Position numbers and translations under genes: made by a program. From positions 1 to 35,603 of IMG/VR virus record IMGVR_UViG_3300037423_000689: a stretch of DNA of 35,603 nucleotides, one strand, 5' to 3'. Of the stretch, positions 27,164 through 34,915 are shown piece by piece; positions within the stretch are counted from its first letter, which is position 1; every line of letters begins with the position of its first letter. The notes below the pieces were generated by a model. That model did not search any database. It was given only the letters and a program-made list of their open reading frames with translations, and was not told the DNA's origin. Origin of the DNA: a virus. Its lineage: Duplodnaviria; Caudoviricetes.

Positions 27164-27354
27164 AGTTTCCCGTTAGGTGGTTCTTCTATGTGCCGTGTGC
27201 AATCAATCTGGTGCCAGCAGGTTCCCTTGGTTCACATGCGGGGCGCGCGCTCGCCGACGGTGATTTTGCACGCTCGCTAGTCGTACTGTGTGCGGCATCC
27301 CTTTTCGCGGCGAACGCGGCTGCGTGCGGCTTTGTTGCGGGGCGCGAAGAATGA
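27160..27354 (+). CDS. Small membrane protein
   Basis: 64 aa hydrophobic ORF (MKFPVRWFF...), ATGA-coupled. Confidence 0.55.
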   Translation: MKFPVRWFFYVPCAINLVPAGSLGSHAGRALADGDFARSLVVLCAASLFAANAAACGFVAGREE

Positions 27355-27773
27355 CCATTGCATCAACCTGGCTCGCGCTTGCGCTCGCACTGTGTGCCTA
27401 CGCATGGTTCGCTTACCGCACGCCTTACGTGCTGCCTGCGCTCGTGCTTGCTGCCACGGCGGCCATGTGGGTGCCTAGCGGCACGCCGCGCCTTACGACG
27501 CCGCCGCAGGGCAAGTATCAGGTGCTTGGCGCCGACATCGTGGTCGATCAATACATTGACGCGCTGCTTAAGCCGGAAGGCCATCCAGCAATGCTCTACC
27601 GCCTGCCGTACAGCACGGCGCAAGCTAACGCGCTGCAGGCGGCCATGGACGGCGGCAACGGCGTCAAGGCCGAAGTCGGCACGGAAGGCGGCGTTGCTTA
27701 TGACGGCGACCCGCCTGTTTCTGGCGAGGAGAACAAGCAGGCTGAGCAGCCGCAACTGAACGTTGGAGGGTGA
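27351..27773 (+). CDS. Two-TM membrane protein with a soluble domain (P..YRLPY); possible third motor-associated component
   Basis: Two N-terminal TMs, G.P linker, LYRLPYS....AL..A motif and acidic C-terminus. Confidence 0.7.
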   Translation: MTIASTWLALALALCAYAWFAYRTPYVLPALVLAATAAMWVPSGTPRLTTPPQGKYQVLGADIVVDQYIDALLKPEGHPAMLYRLPYSTAQANALQAAMDGGNGVKAEVGTEGGVAYDGDPPVSGEENKQAEQPQLNVGG

Positions 27774-27985
27774 TTATGAAGAACACCATTGGCCAGGTAC
27801 TCTTGTTGGCCGCATTGTTCGTGTTCGGCGTTGGGGTCGGCCAAGCTATTTGGTTCTGGTTCGGGACGCTTGTGCCGTGGTTTTGGCAGCACGAGGGCAA
27901 TCTGTGGCCGGCGCTCTTGCCTCTCGCCATTGTCAGCTTTGCTGTCGGCGCCGCAATGATTGGCACAAAGGAAGAGACGGAATGA
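27770..27985 (+). CDS. Small two-TM membrane protein
   Basis: Two hydrophobic helices; overlaps both neighbours. Confidence 0.6.
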   Translation: MIMKNTIGQVLLLAALFVFGVGVGQAIWFWFGTLVPWFWQHEGNLWPALLPLAIVSFAVGAAMIGTKEETE

Positions 27986-28167
27986 TTGAGTGGCTTAAGG
28001 ATGCGCTTGGCGTCAACAAGTACGCGCTGGTTTGGGATTTCATTGCGGGACGCGGAACACATCTGAAGGGCCGCGAATCTCCACACACCAAGAGGTTCGC
28101 CGAACGCCTGGCTGCCGGGATGAACCGCGATTACGGCGCTGGCACGCATTGGGTCGAGCGCGCATGA
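27982..28167 (+). CDS. Hypothetical protein
   Basis: 61 aa (MIEWLKDALG...), ATGA overlaps at both ends. Confidence 0.6.
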   Translation: MIEWLKDALGVNKYALVWDFIAGRGTHLKGRESPHTKRFAERLAAGMNRDYGAGTHWVERA

Positions 28168-28361
28168 GTATCATTTCAAAGATGGAGACCTGGCACAGGT
28201 ACGCGCTCGCTTTCGTGTTCATCTTTGCCGCCATGCTATTCGACGTAGGTGGATATATCTCTCCGTTTCTTGTCTGCTCCGGAATCGCAGCCCTGTTTCT
28301 AATGATGGCGTTCGACCGCCACCTACAAAGGAATCTGCCCATTGACTCCCGCCACACCTAA
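28164..28361 (+). CDS. Small two-TM membrane protein
   Basis: 65 aa (MSIISKMETW...), hydrophobic hairpin. Confidence 0.55.
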   Translation: MSIISKMETWHRYALAFVFIFAAMLFDVGGYISPFLVCSGIAALFLMMAFDRHLQRNLPIDSRHT

Positions 28362-29631
28362 CGAAACGCTGCTTGCAACACATGCTGCGTATCTAGCCAA
28401 CAATGAAAACCAGACGGCAACCGCCAAGGCGCTCGGCGTATCGCGTGAGACAGTGCAGCGACACTTGCGGCAAGCTGCGGAGCGAGGGCTGATCGGCACC
28501 GAGCCGGTTATGCATGGATTTCGCATAAGCCAAGAAACCGCCGTCTATGACGGCGACGGCAATCTGCGCGCCGAGTTTATCCAGCAGAAGCCGGAACGCG
28601 GCGAAGTCTTTGAGATGCCTGCCGGCCAAAAGATCAAGGGCGTCAGCGCGCTTGTCGATCCGTATGGCCGCGAGATTATCAAGTGGATCAAGACTGACGC
28701 TGACCGCGAGGCGCAACTTGCCGTCATGCGCGCCGTTGTCGACGCGCTCAAGGAGGAAGTTCCGCGCATCGATCCCACTCCGGCGCCGGGATCCACAATT
28801 GGCGAATTGTTGAATCTCTACGCAGTTACCGACGCGCATTTCGGGATGCTGTCCTGGCGCGAGGAGACCGGCGCAGACTACGACCTGCCGATCGCCGAAA
28901 AGCTTCTGCTGGATTGGTTCGCGGCGGCAATCGACCTTGCGCCGCCTGCCGAGACGGCAATCTTTGCGCAGATTGGCGACCTTCTCCACTATGACGGCTT
29001 TGAGTCCAAGACACCAACGAGTGGCCATATCTTGGATGCGGACAGCCGCCTGCCGAAGGTTATCCGGGTCGTCATTCGCACGTTGCGGCGCGTCATCGCC
29101 ATGCTGCTCGAGAAGCACAAGTTTGTGCACGTCATCATGGCCGACGCCAACCACGACCCGGCAAGTGAGGCGTGGCTGCGCGAGATGTTCGCAGCGTTCT
29201 ATGACAACGAGCCGCGCGTGACTGTCGATAGCTCGGCGAGCACCTATTACGGCTACAAGCATGGCGACGTGTCGCTATTCGTCCATCACGGACACAAGCG
29301 CAAGATCGGCAACGTCGATACCGTGTTCGCGGGCAAGTTCCGCGAAATGTACGGCCAGACCAAATTCAGCTATGCGCACCTTGGCCACCTGCACAGCGAC
29401 GAGCTCAAGTCGACAAACCTGATGAAGGTCGAGCGGCACGAAACGCTTGCCGCGGCGGACGCCTATGCGGCCAACGGCGGGTGGCTGTCTGGCCGCTCCG
29501 CGAAGGTCATCACCTACAGCAAGAACCATGGCGAGGTTGCGCGGCTGACGCTCACACCTGGCATGGTTGGCGGATGGCGCACCGCAGCCAACGACAACGA
29601 GCCGAAGGAGATGATGCATGGGGTTGCTTGA
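28342..29631 (+). CDS. HTH-fused calcineurin-like metallophosphoesterase
   Basis: N-terminal HTH (NQTATAKALGVSRETVQRHL) and motifs D.H.G (TDAHFG), GD..H, ANHD, HHGH, GH.H. Confidence 0.85.
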   Translation: MTPATPNETLLATHAAYLANNENQTATAKALGVSRETVQRHLRQAAERGLIGTEPVMHGFRISQETAVYDGDGNLRAEFIQQKPERGEVFEMPAGQKIKGVSALVDPYGREIIKWIKTDADREAQLAVMRAVVDALKEEVPRIDPTPAPGSTIGELLNLYAVTDAHFGMLSWREETGADYDLPIAEKLLLDWFAAAIDLAPPAETAIFAQIGDLLHYDGFESKTPTSGHILDADSRLPKVIRVVIRTLRRVIAMLLEKHKFVHVIMADANHDPASEAWLREMFAAFYDNEPRVTVDSSASTYYGYKHGDVSLFVHHGHKRKIGNVDTVFAGKFREMYGQTKFSYAHLGHLHSDELKSTNLMKVERHETLAAADAYAANGGWLSGRSAKVITYSKNHGEVARLTLTPGMVGGWRTAANDNEPKEMMHGVA

Positions 29632-30454
29632 CGGAATCGCCTTTGAAAAGCTTCGTGAACCAGACCTCCATTGGGACTCCGTAGCCCGCTGCTACGTTGA
29701 GCACGACACAACGGCGCAGGAGACGTTTGGGCCGATGACGCGCGAGGCGTTAGACGCAGCGCCTGTTTTCGTTGGGATAGACCTTGGCGCGCCAGATGGC
29801 GACAAGACGGCTTACTGGCGGGCCGCAAACGACAACCGTACTGGCGACTTCATGCAGACTTGGTCGGCTCGCCAGTTCTGGCCGTTGGACGCTCGGCCCG
29901 ACGAGGTGCATATCGAGGACATCGCGCACAGTTTGAGCCTGCAGTGCCGGTACGCCGGCCACTGCAAGCGCTTCTATTCGGTTGCCGAACATTCCGTGCT
30001 GATAGCCAATTGGATATGGTGGCACGGCTCGGCCGCCGACGCGCTGTGCGGCCTGATGCACGACGCAACCGAAGCCTATTTGGTGGATATGCCGCGCCCC
30101 GTTAAGCGCAGCATGCATGAGTACCGGATGCACGAGGCTGCGCTCTGGAAGGTTATCGCAGCGCGCTACAGCTTGCCGGAAGTCATGCCCGACGTCGTGC
30201 ATGATGCCGACAATCGCATCATCGCCGACGAGCTCGTCAACATGGCACCGATGGCTTGGCACGCAAAGCACAGCGACCCGCTTGGCGTCGAGTTGCAATT
30301 CTGGTCGCCGGAGGAGGCGGAGGCTGCGTTTCTCGAGACGTTCGCAAGTTTGCGGCAGTTGGGTAGGCCATCCACCGACGACCACTACCACGAGCAAGAC
30401 CGCGTGGCGTCTGCGGCTGACCGCGCTTATCAGATGGCGAAGGAGGCGGCGTGA
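29618..30454 (+). CDS. HD-domain phosphohydrolase (YfbR/5'-deoxynucleotidase-like)
   Basis: IEDIAHSLS..CRY.GH, YSVAEHS, HDA.EAY..D and V..AD motifs, preceded by an N-terminal extension. Confidence 0.88.
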   Translation: MGLLDGIAFEKLREPDLHWDSVARCYVEHDTTAQETFGPMTREALDAAPVFVGIDLGAPDGDKTAYWRAANDNRTGDFMQTWSARQFWPLDARPDEVHIEDIAHSLSLQCRYAGHCKRFYSVAEHSVLIANWIWWHGSAADALCGLMHDATEAYLVDMPRPVKRSMHEYRMHEAALWKVIAARYSLPEVMPDVVHDADNRIIADELVNMAPMAWHAKHSDPLGVELQFWSPEEAEAAFLETFASLRQLGRPSTDDHYHEQDRVASAADRAYQMAKEAA

Positions 30455-30675
30455 GCGAAATAATTCCAGACGATATAACGCTGACGGCAAGGCTCGTCAC
30501 CGAAGGCATAGATGGATGGATTGGCTCATTAGTAGGGATGCAGATAATCTCTCGCGCCATCCTGGCAGAACGCAAACGGTGCGCACATGCTGCGGCTTCT
30601 ATCCTCGTTACAAGCAACGCGCTTGCCGTCGATGAGGTCGATAACGTTGGCGCAGCCATAATGGGTGGCGCATGA
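30451..30675 (+). CDS. Hypothetical protein
   Basis: GTGA-coupled with a GGAGG RBS; AILAER.RCA motif. Confidence 0.6.
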   Translation: MSEIIPDDITLTARLVTEGIDGWIGSLVGMQIISRAILAERKRCAHAAASILVTSNALAVDEVDNVGAAIMGGA

Positions 30676-31079
30676 CCACCGACAACTTCGACCCAACGCA
30701 CAAGTTCTATGTCGGCCAGGACGTGGTCTGTGTCGACAACGGATATAGGCCGGAGCAGCGCGTAAGCCTGCCGTGCGAACTGGTGCTTGGCGCCGTTTAT
30801 AAGGTTAGGTGGCTTGGCGTCTTCGTGCACTACCTCGACGGCGAATATCTCGGCATCAAGGTCGAGGGATTGGACCGCGGAGAGGATCCGGAATTCGGCT
30901 ATCACGACTTGCCGTTTCGCGCGTCGCGATTCCGTCCGGTCGTAAACGACCCGCTGGCATCGCTCAAGAATATCGCCGCCGACCCTGACGGCTACAAGCC
31001 TGCGGCACCAAATGGTCCGGTGCGCGATCGCCCAACAAGAGAAGGCGCGCCGAGGCGCAAGGTTAAGGAGGAGGTTTGA
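30672..31079 (+). CDS. Hypothetical protein (SH3-like beta barrel?)
   Basis: F.VGQ.VVCVD...G.VY.V...F.ASRFRP pattern; ATGA-coupled. Confidence 0.65.
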   Translation: MTTDNFDPTHKFYVGQDVVCVDNGYRPEQRVSLPCELVLGAVYKVRWLGVFVHYLDGEYLGIKVEGLDRGEDPEFGYHDLPFRASRFRPVVNDPLASLKNIAADPDGYKPAAPNGPVRDRPTREGAPRRKVKEEV

Positions 31080-31559
31080 ATGGATACTCGCAACGCAGAA
31101 ATTGTGACGCATAAGCACATCTCGCGAGTGCGGGAACTGCTAAATGGTTTCGCCATTGAGATGATCAAGCGCGGCGACCGTCATGATGCTTCCAAGTTTG
31201 AGCTGGTCGAATTAGAGCCGCTTGCCAAGATGCAGGCAATTATCGATGCGGAGGGGCCGGCGCAGTTTGGCACTGAGGAATACAAACGACGCACCGACAT
31301 GCTTGGGGATATGATCACCCACCATCGCGCCAAAAACAGCCATCATCCAGAACACTATCCGCTAGGCGTTGCTGGCATGGACCTATTCGACATCGTTGAA
31401 ATGTTCTTCGATTGGAAGGCTGCAAGCGAGCGGGGCAAGGACTCGTGTATGCGGTTATCTGCTGCCTGCCACAAGTACGACGTGCGCGAGCCACTGCGGT
31501 CCATCTTGTACAATACCGCCGAACGTCTTGGCTATGTGGCCGACGAGGAAGCAGCATGA
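31080..31559 (+). CDS. HD-like His-rich protein (DUF5662-like)
   Basis: H...V, HD.SK, HH...N.HHPEH and EM..DW.AA motifs. Confidence 0.78.
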   Translation: MDTRNAEIVTHKHISRVRELLNGFAIEMIKRGDRHDASKFELVELEPLAKMQAIIDAEGPAQFGTEEYKRRTDMLGDMITHHRAKNSHHPEHYPLGVAGMDLFDIVEMFFDWKAASERGKDSCMRLSAACHKYDVREPLRSILYNTAERLGYVADEEAA

Positions 31560-32185
31560 CCGCGCTTGCCTATTCACCTTGGGGCGGACACGACCTAGCC
31601 GCCAACGATAACCGGCCGATGCTCGGCAGGCCAATAATGATCGGCCTCACCGGCAAGCGTAACGTCGGCAAGTCGACTGTCGCCAACCTCTTGGAGCAGG
31701 AATTTGGCTTTGCCAGGATCCACGCCTTCGAAGGCGGCAAGGAGGCTTCCCGCGCATGGTTCCAGTATGTCACCGGCGACCCGGTCATTGCCGAGGACAT
31801 GGTCTACGGCATGCTTAAGGACAAGCCGTCGTCATTGTTGCCATGCGGACAATCGCCGCGCTTCTTTATGGAGAAGTTCGGCCACTTCATGGGCGCGACG
31901 ATGGGCGTTGATTGGACACTCGGAATGGAGATTGCGCTAACCCGTAAGCGCAATCCGCGCGCTCCGATCGTGGTAGAGTCGGTCGTGTACGAGTCTGGCT
32001 GGTTTCAGGCTCAGGGCGGGCGCGTGGTGCGCTTGGAGCGGCCGGGGCATGAAGGGCCGGCCGGCGTTGAGAGCGATGCTGTGCAGGCCGCTGTGGCGGC
32101 TGACGTTACTATTTCCGCGTCAACGGTCGGAGAGCTTGAGCGTGAGGCCAGACGGATGGTGCAGCAGATGATGGGCGGAGCCTAG
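31556..32185 (+). CDS. Deoxynucleoside monophosphate kinase-like P-loop protein
   Basis: IGLTGKRNVGKST, K......G.SPR..M..FG and GG.VVRL.RP motifs. Start re-set to ATG 31556. Confidence 0.85.
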   Translation: MTALAYSPWGGHDLAANDNRPMLGRPIMIGLTGKRNVGKSTVANLLEQEFGFARIHAFEGGKEASRAWFQYVTGDPVIAEDMVYGMLKDKPSSLLPCGQSPRFFMEKFGHFMGATMGVDWTLGMEIALTRKRNPRAPIVVESVVYESGWFQAQGGRVVRLERPGHEGPAGVESDAVQAAVAADVTISASTVGELEREARRMVQQMMGGA

Positions 32186-32218
32186 TCCGAACCGCTATAC
32201 ATTTTTCAGACACTTCTT

Positions 32219-32247
32219 ATAGCCCGCACTAGGCGGGCTATTTTTTT
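32219..32247 (+). terminator. Rho-independent terminator where the two gene arms converge
   Basis: ATAGCCCGC-actag-GCGGGCTAT followed by TTTTTT. Confidence 0.8.
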
Positions 32248-32645
32248 GCCTTCTGCGCAGCCTTTGACTCTACCCACTCACCGGTAACGGGATCGCGCCT
32301 GCGTCGCCGCTTCTTCTCGCCGGCAGGCGCGGCTCGCCCACCAACCAACGACTCCGCTGTCGGCGCGCGCAGGATCATGCTAGGCACAAACATGCCGTCG
32401 CCGCGGCTAAAGCCTTGCGCTACGCGCTCCGGCAGCAGTCCGTTGTCGTGAAGCCATTTGACGTCGGCAACGACGCGCTCGACGCGCTCGCCAGCCTCAG
32501 CGGCAAGCGCTTCCTTGGCTTTGATTTCTTCGGCTCGAGCCTTTTCGGCGATGGCCATGTCGATCTCGTTGCGGCGCCGCTCGAGTTCGGCAACGCTTAG
32601 GTCCAAAAGCTCTGGACGCAGTTTCTTAACGTCGGTAACGGCCAT
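32238..32645 (-). CDS. H-NS-like/nucleoid-associated-like protein (atypical)
   Basis: N-terminal L..LS..EL......I...I coiled coil; basic C-terminus RRRRRDPVTGEW; GAGG RBS. Confidence 0.5.
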   Translation of the reverse strand: MAVTDVKKLRPELLDLSVAELERRRNEIDMAIAEKARAEEIKAKEALAAEAGERVERVVADVKWLHDNGLLPERVAQGFSRGDGMFVPSMILRAPTAESLVGGRAAPAGEKKRRRRRDPVTGEWVESKAAQKAKK

Positions 32646-32704
32646 GCATTTGTCCCTCGATTAATGCATGGCCTATACGCTAGCGACTGGCGTGCCGCAA
32701 GAGT

Positions 32705-33034
32705 CTACCTCCTGGCTGGACACATAGCCGTGCGAAACAGCGCGCAGCCCATACACGGCTCGCTGCCTGGCACTACGTCGACCAGAACGTCGGCAAGCAT
32801 CATCCTGTCACCGACAGGATCCACCAAGGCGTATGACCTGGCGACATACACCTCTCGTCCTTTGCTTGTACGCGCTCTATCGACCACAAGCGACGGCATC
32901 GCCTGGTCTTTATGCGATATGCACTGTCCGAGTTCAAAACGCCATTCCTTCCTCGTTTGAATGGCGATCGGCTCGGTCTCCAAGAACACCGCTACTGCAG
33001 AACCGGTAGCGGACGGCCGCATCATTTCAGTCAT
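32705..33034 (-). CDS. Hypothetical protein with C-terminal CxxC...C
   Basis: ATG 33034 with AAGGA upstream; FELGQ.I.H.....SLV..R pattern. Confidence 0.6.
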   Translation of the reverse strand: MTEMMRPSATGSAVAVFLETEPIAIQTRKEWRFELGQCISHKDQAMPSLVVDRARTSKGREVYVARSYALVDPVGDRMMLADVLVDVVPGSEPCMGCALFRTAMCPARR

Positions 33035-33485
33035 AATTCCCAAACCCACTTCCTTAAGGTGTGACGGTCCCTTTCTTTTTCGGCGCAGTGCGCCAGTTCT
33101 GAATCTCAATGCTTCGTCGCCCTGCCGTCGTACCTTGCGGCAAGCCGGGAGTTGATATCTCGTTGGAAGACGAGCCGATGGCTTTTGGCCGAAGCTTGGA
33201 CATGGCGCACCGCTCCCGGCCGAAGGCCAGGTGATACGCCGCCGCCAAGCAGGCGCACATTTCGGCGCCCTTTCGCGCCTATTCCAATCAGGGTTATCAA
33301 GCCCGAACGCACACTGTTATATTTCCCTAATGCGCGCAAGTGCTAATTGGTAGGACCAACAGAAAAATAACGGAACATTTCTGGTGGTAAATGACATGTT
33401 ACAATGTTCGCGCTCCCGTTTAGTGGAGCAACTTATTGGGTTATTAATGTGGGCTAATATTAGCGAGTGCTGTGTATAGTTCGCG

Positions 33486-34124
33486 CTATACCCGTCGCGC
33501 GGCAATCTCACTCATCATTGCTTTATGCGCTTCAATGTCGGCCGCGGCAAGCCTGGCTGGTAGCTGTGCGGGCCGCGCTGGTAGAACAATGTCGTCGGCT
33601 GTCTGCGCAACTGCCTTGACAAGATCCAGCGCGCTTTGCCGCCCAATGAGCTCAGCGTATACGGCCGCAAGAAGCTCCGCGTCAAGCAGCGCGCCGTGCT
33701 TGGTGCGGCGGGTATTGTCGATGCCATAACGCCGGCAGAGCGCGTCGAGCGAGCATGGCGAGCCGGGGTGTTTGGCTCGAGCCATCGCCAGGCTGTCTAT
33801 AAAGGGATTGGGGAGAGGTTCGCCGAACGCCGCAGCAAGGAATCCAGCGTCAAACGACGCGTTATGCGCAACGATCTGGCTGTCCGCCAGGAAGTCTTTT
33901 AACGAGCCGGCAATTGCAGCAAACGGCGGCTTGTCGGCCAGGAATGCGTCCGTCAGGCCGTGAACGTCCGTAGCCTCCTGCGGCACAGGAATGCCGGGAT
34001 TGATGTAGGCGTGAAATGTGCGCCGCGGCGACAGGTCGATAATCTCGACGGCGCCGACTTCGACCAGGCGGTCGCGCTTGAAATCGAAGCCGGTTGTTTC
34101 CGTGTCTAGGACGACGTGGCGCAT
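33486..34124 (-). CDS. dnaQ: DNA polymerase III epsilon-like 3'-5' exonuclease
   Basis: ExoI LDTETTG, ExoII AHNASFD, SLDALC.RY.ID and ExoIII HGALLDA motifs. Confidence 0.93.
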   Translation of the reverse strand: MRHVVLDTETTGFDFKRDRLVEVGAVEIIDLSPRRTFHAYINPGIPVPQEATDVHGLTDAFLADKPPFAAIAGSLKDFLADSQIVAHNASFDAGFLAAAFGEPLPNPFIDSLAMARAKHPGSPCSLDALCRRYGIDNTRRTKHGALLDAELLAAVYAELIGRQSALDLVKAVAQTADDIVLPARPAQLPARLAAADIEAHKAMMSEIAARRV

Positions 34125-34297
34125 TTATCGCATGCCCGCTCCACCATCTCGCGCGTGATGAGTTCGTTTTCGATCGCCACGTTTCCGTACACAAAACTTA
34201 TGGCTTGTTCGCGCTCCATAACGGCTTGCCGCTCGCGCGGCATTGACCTGAACGCAGCAATCGCATCTTGCAGGAGTTTTTCTATATCATACTCCAT
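34106..34297 (-). CDS. Hypothetical protein
   Basis: GGGAAG RBS; M......M...Q.ISF.YGN...EN..IT.EMV pattern. Confidence 0.6.
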   Translation of the reverse strand: MEYDIEKLLQDAIAAFRSMPRERQAVMEREQAISFVYGNVAIENELITREMVERACDKCATSS

Positions 34298-34317
34298 CAC
34301 TTCCCTCCGAGCGCCAG

Positions 34318-34563
34318 TCACGGCGTTTCTCCCGCATGCGGTGGTTGTTGGGTGGGGTGGAGGGCGGCGCGACCAGCTGCTGGATGAGTACCGGCAGCGA
34401 TTTCGTTCATGACCGTCAGGCTTGGCATTGCCAGCCAGACCTCAAGAGGGTGGCAGCCGACCATCGAGGCTGTAAGCTGCGCTGCCCTCACGGCATCGAG
34501 TTGGAAACCGCTGTCCCGGCAGACGCGAACGAAAAGCGTTTGTGTCGTCTCTCGCTTTGTCAT
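34318..34563 (-). CDS. Hypothetical protein
   Basis: AGGAG RBS, 81 aa, in the minus-strand gene run. Confidence 0.6.
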   Translation of the reverse strand: MTKRETTQTLFVRVCRDSGFQLDAVRAAQLTASMVGCHPLEVWLAMPSLTVMNEIAAGTHPAAGRAALHPTQQPPHAGETP

Positions 34564-34587
34564 CTGCGTATTCTCCTATTTCCCAGA

Positions 34588-34863
34588 TCAGGCCGGAGCC
34601 GTCTTGCTTGGGAGGGGTGGGTGTGTGTAGGCACCCGCGAGGATCGCCATGTTTCGGATTTCCGCAGCGATAGCCTCGGCCGTCTCGGCAATTGTCGTCA
34701 GTTCGCAGACTTCGAAGTCTGGGTCGCCTTGGTATCCGACGGCGTTGAGCAGTTCGGAGTTTGCCTGCCTGCGCTTTGCGCGGAGGAGAGATTGGCGAGC
34801 CTTGGATGAAACGCCATCCGCAATCCTGGCCGCTTCCTCAAGGCATTCGACTGCGCTGTTCAT
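34588..34863 (-). CDS. Hypothetical protein
   Basis: AAGGAGAG RBS before ATG 34863; LEEAARIAD...IAAEIR pattern common in phage early genes. Confidence 0.62.
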   Translation of the reverse strand: MNSAVECLEEAARIADGVSSKARQSLLRAKRRQANSELLNAVGYQGDPDFEVCELTTIAETAEAIAAEIRNMAILAGAYTHPPLPSKTAPA

Positions 34864-34915
34864 TCTTCTCTCCTTGCTGACCATCGGCCCGAGGGCGATG
34901 CGTGGGGTGATGGGG

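Noticed and set aside
28393-29262. Long antisense ORFs (also 4430-5107, 9031-9732, 25761-26630, 29750-30490, 30237-31118)
   Set aside because: They shadow well-supported + strand genes in GC-rich DNA and show no motifs or convincing RBS.
30437-31559. C-terminal EAA endings (30454, 31559) as stand-alone ClpX degrons
   Set aside because: They can be explained by the overlapping RBS and start of the next gene (AAGGAGGCGGCGTGA; GAGGAAGCAGCATGA), so they are not independent evidence. Kept only as a side note to the AANDN finding.
29618-32185. 2-aminoadenine (Z-base) or other base-modification pathway suggested by the HD hydrolase and kinase
   Set aside because: No PurZ, MazZ, queuosine-type or thymidylate-synthase-like gene is present in the window.
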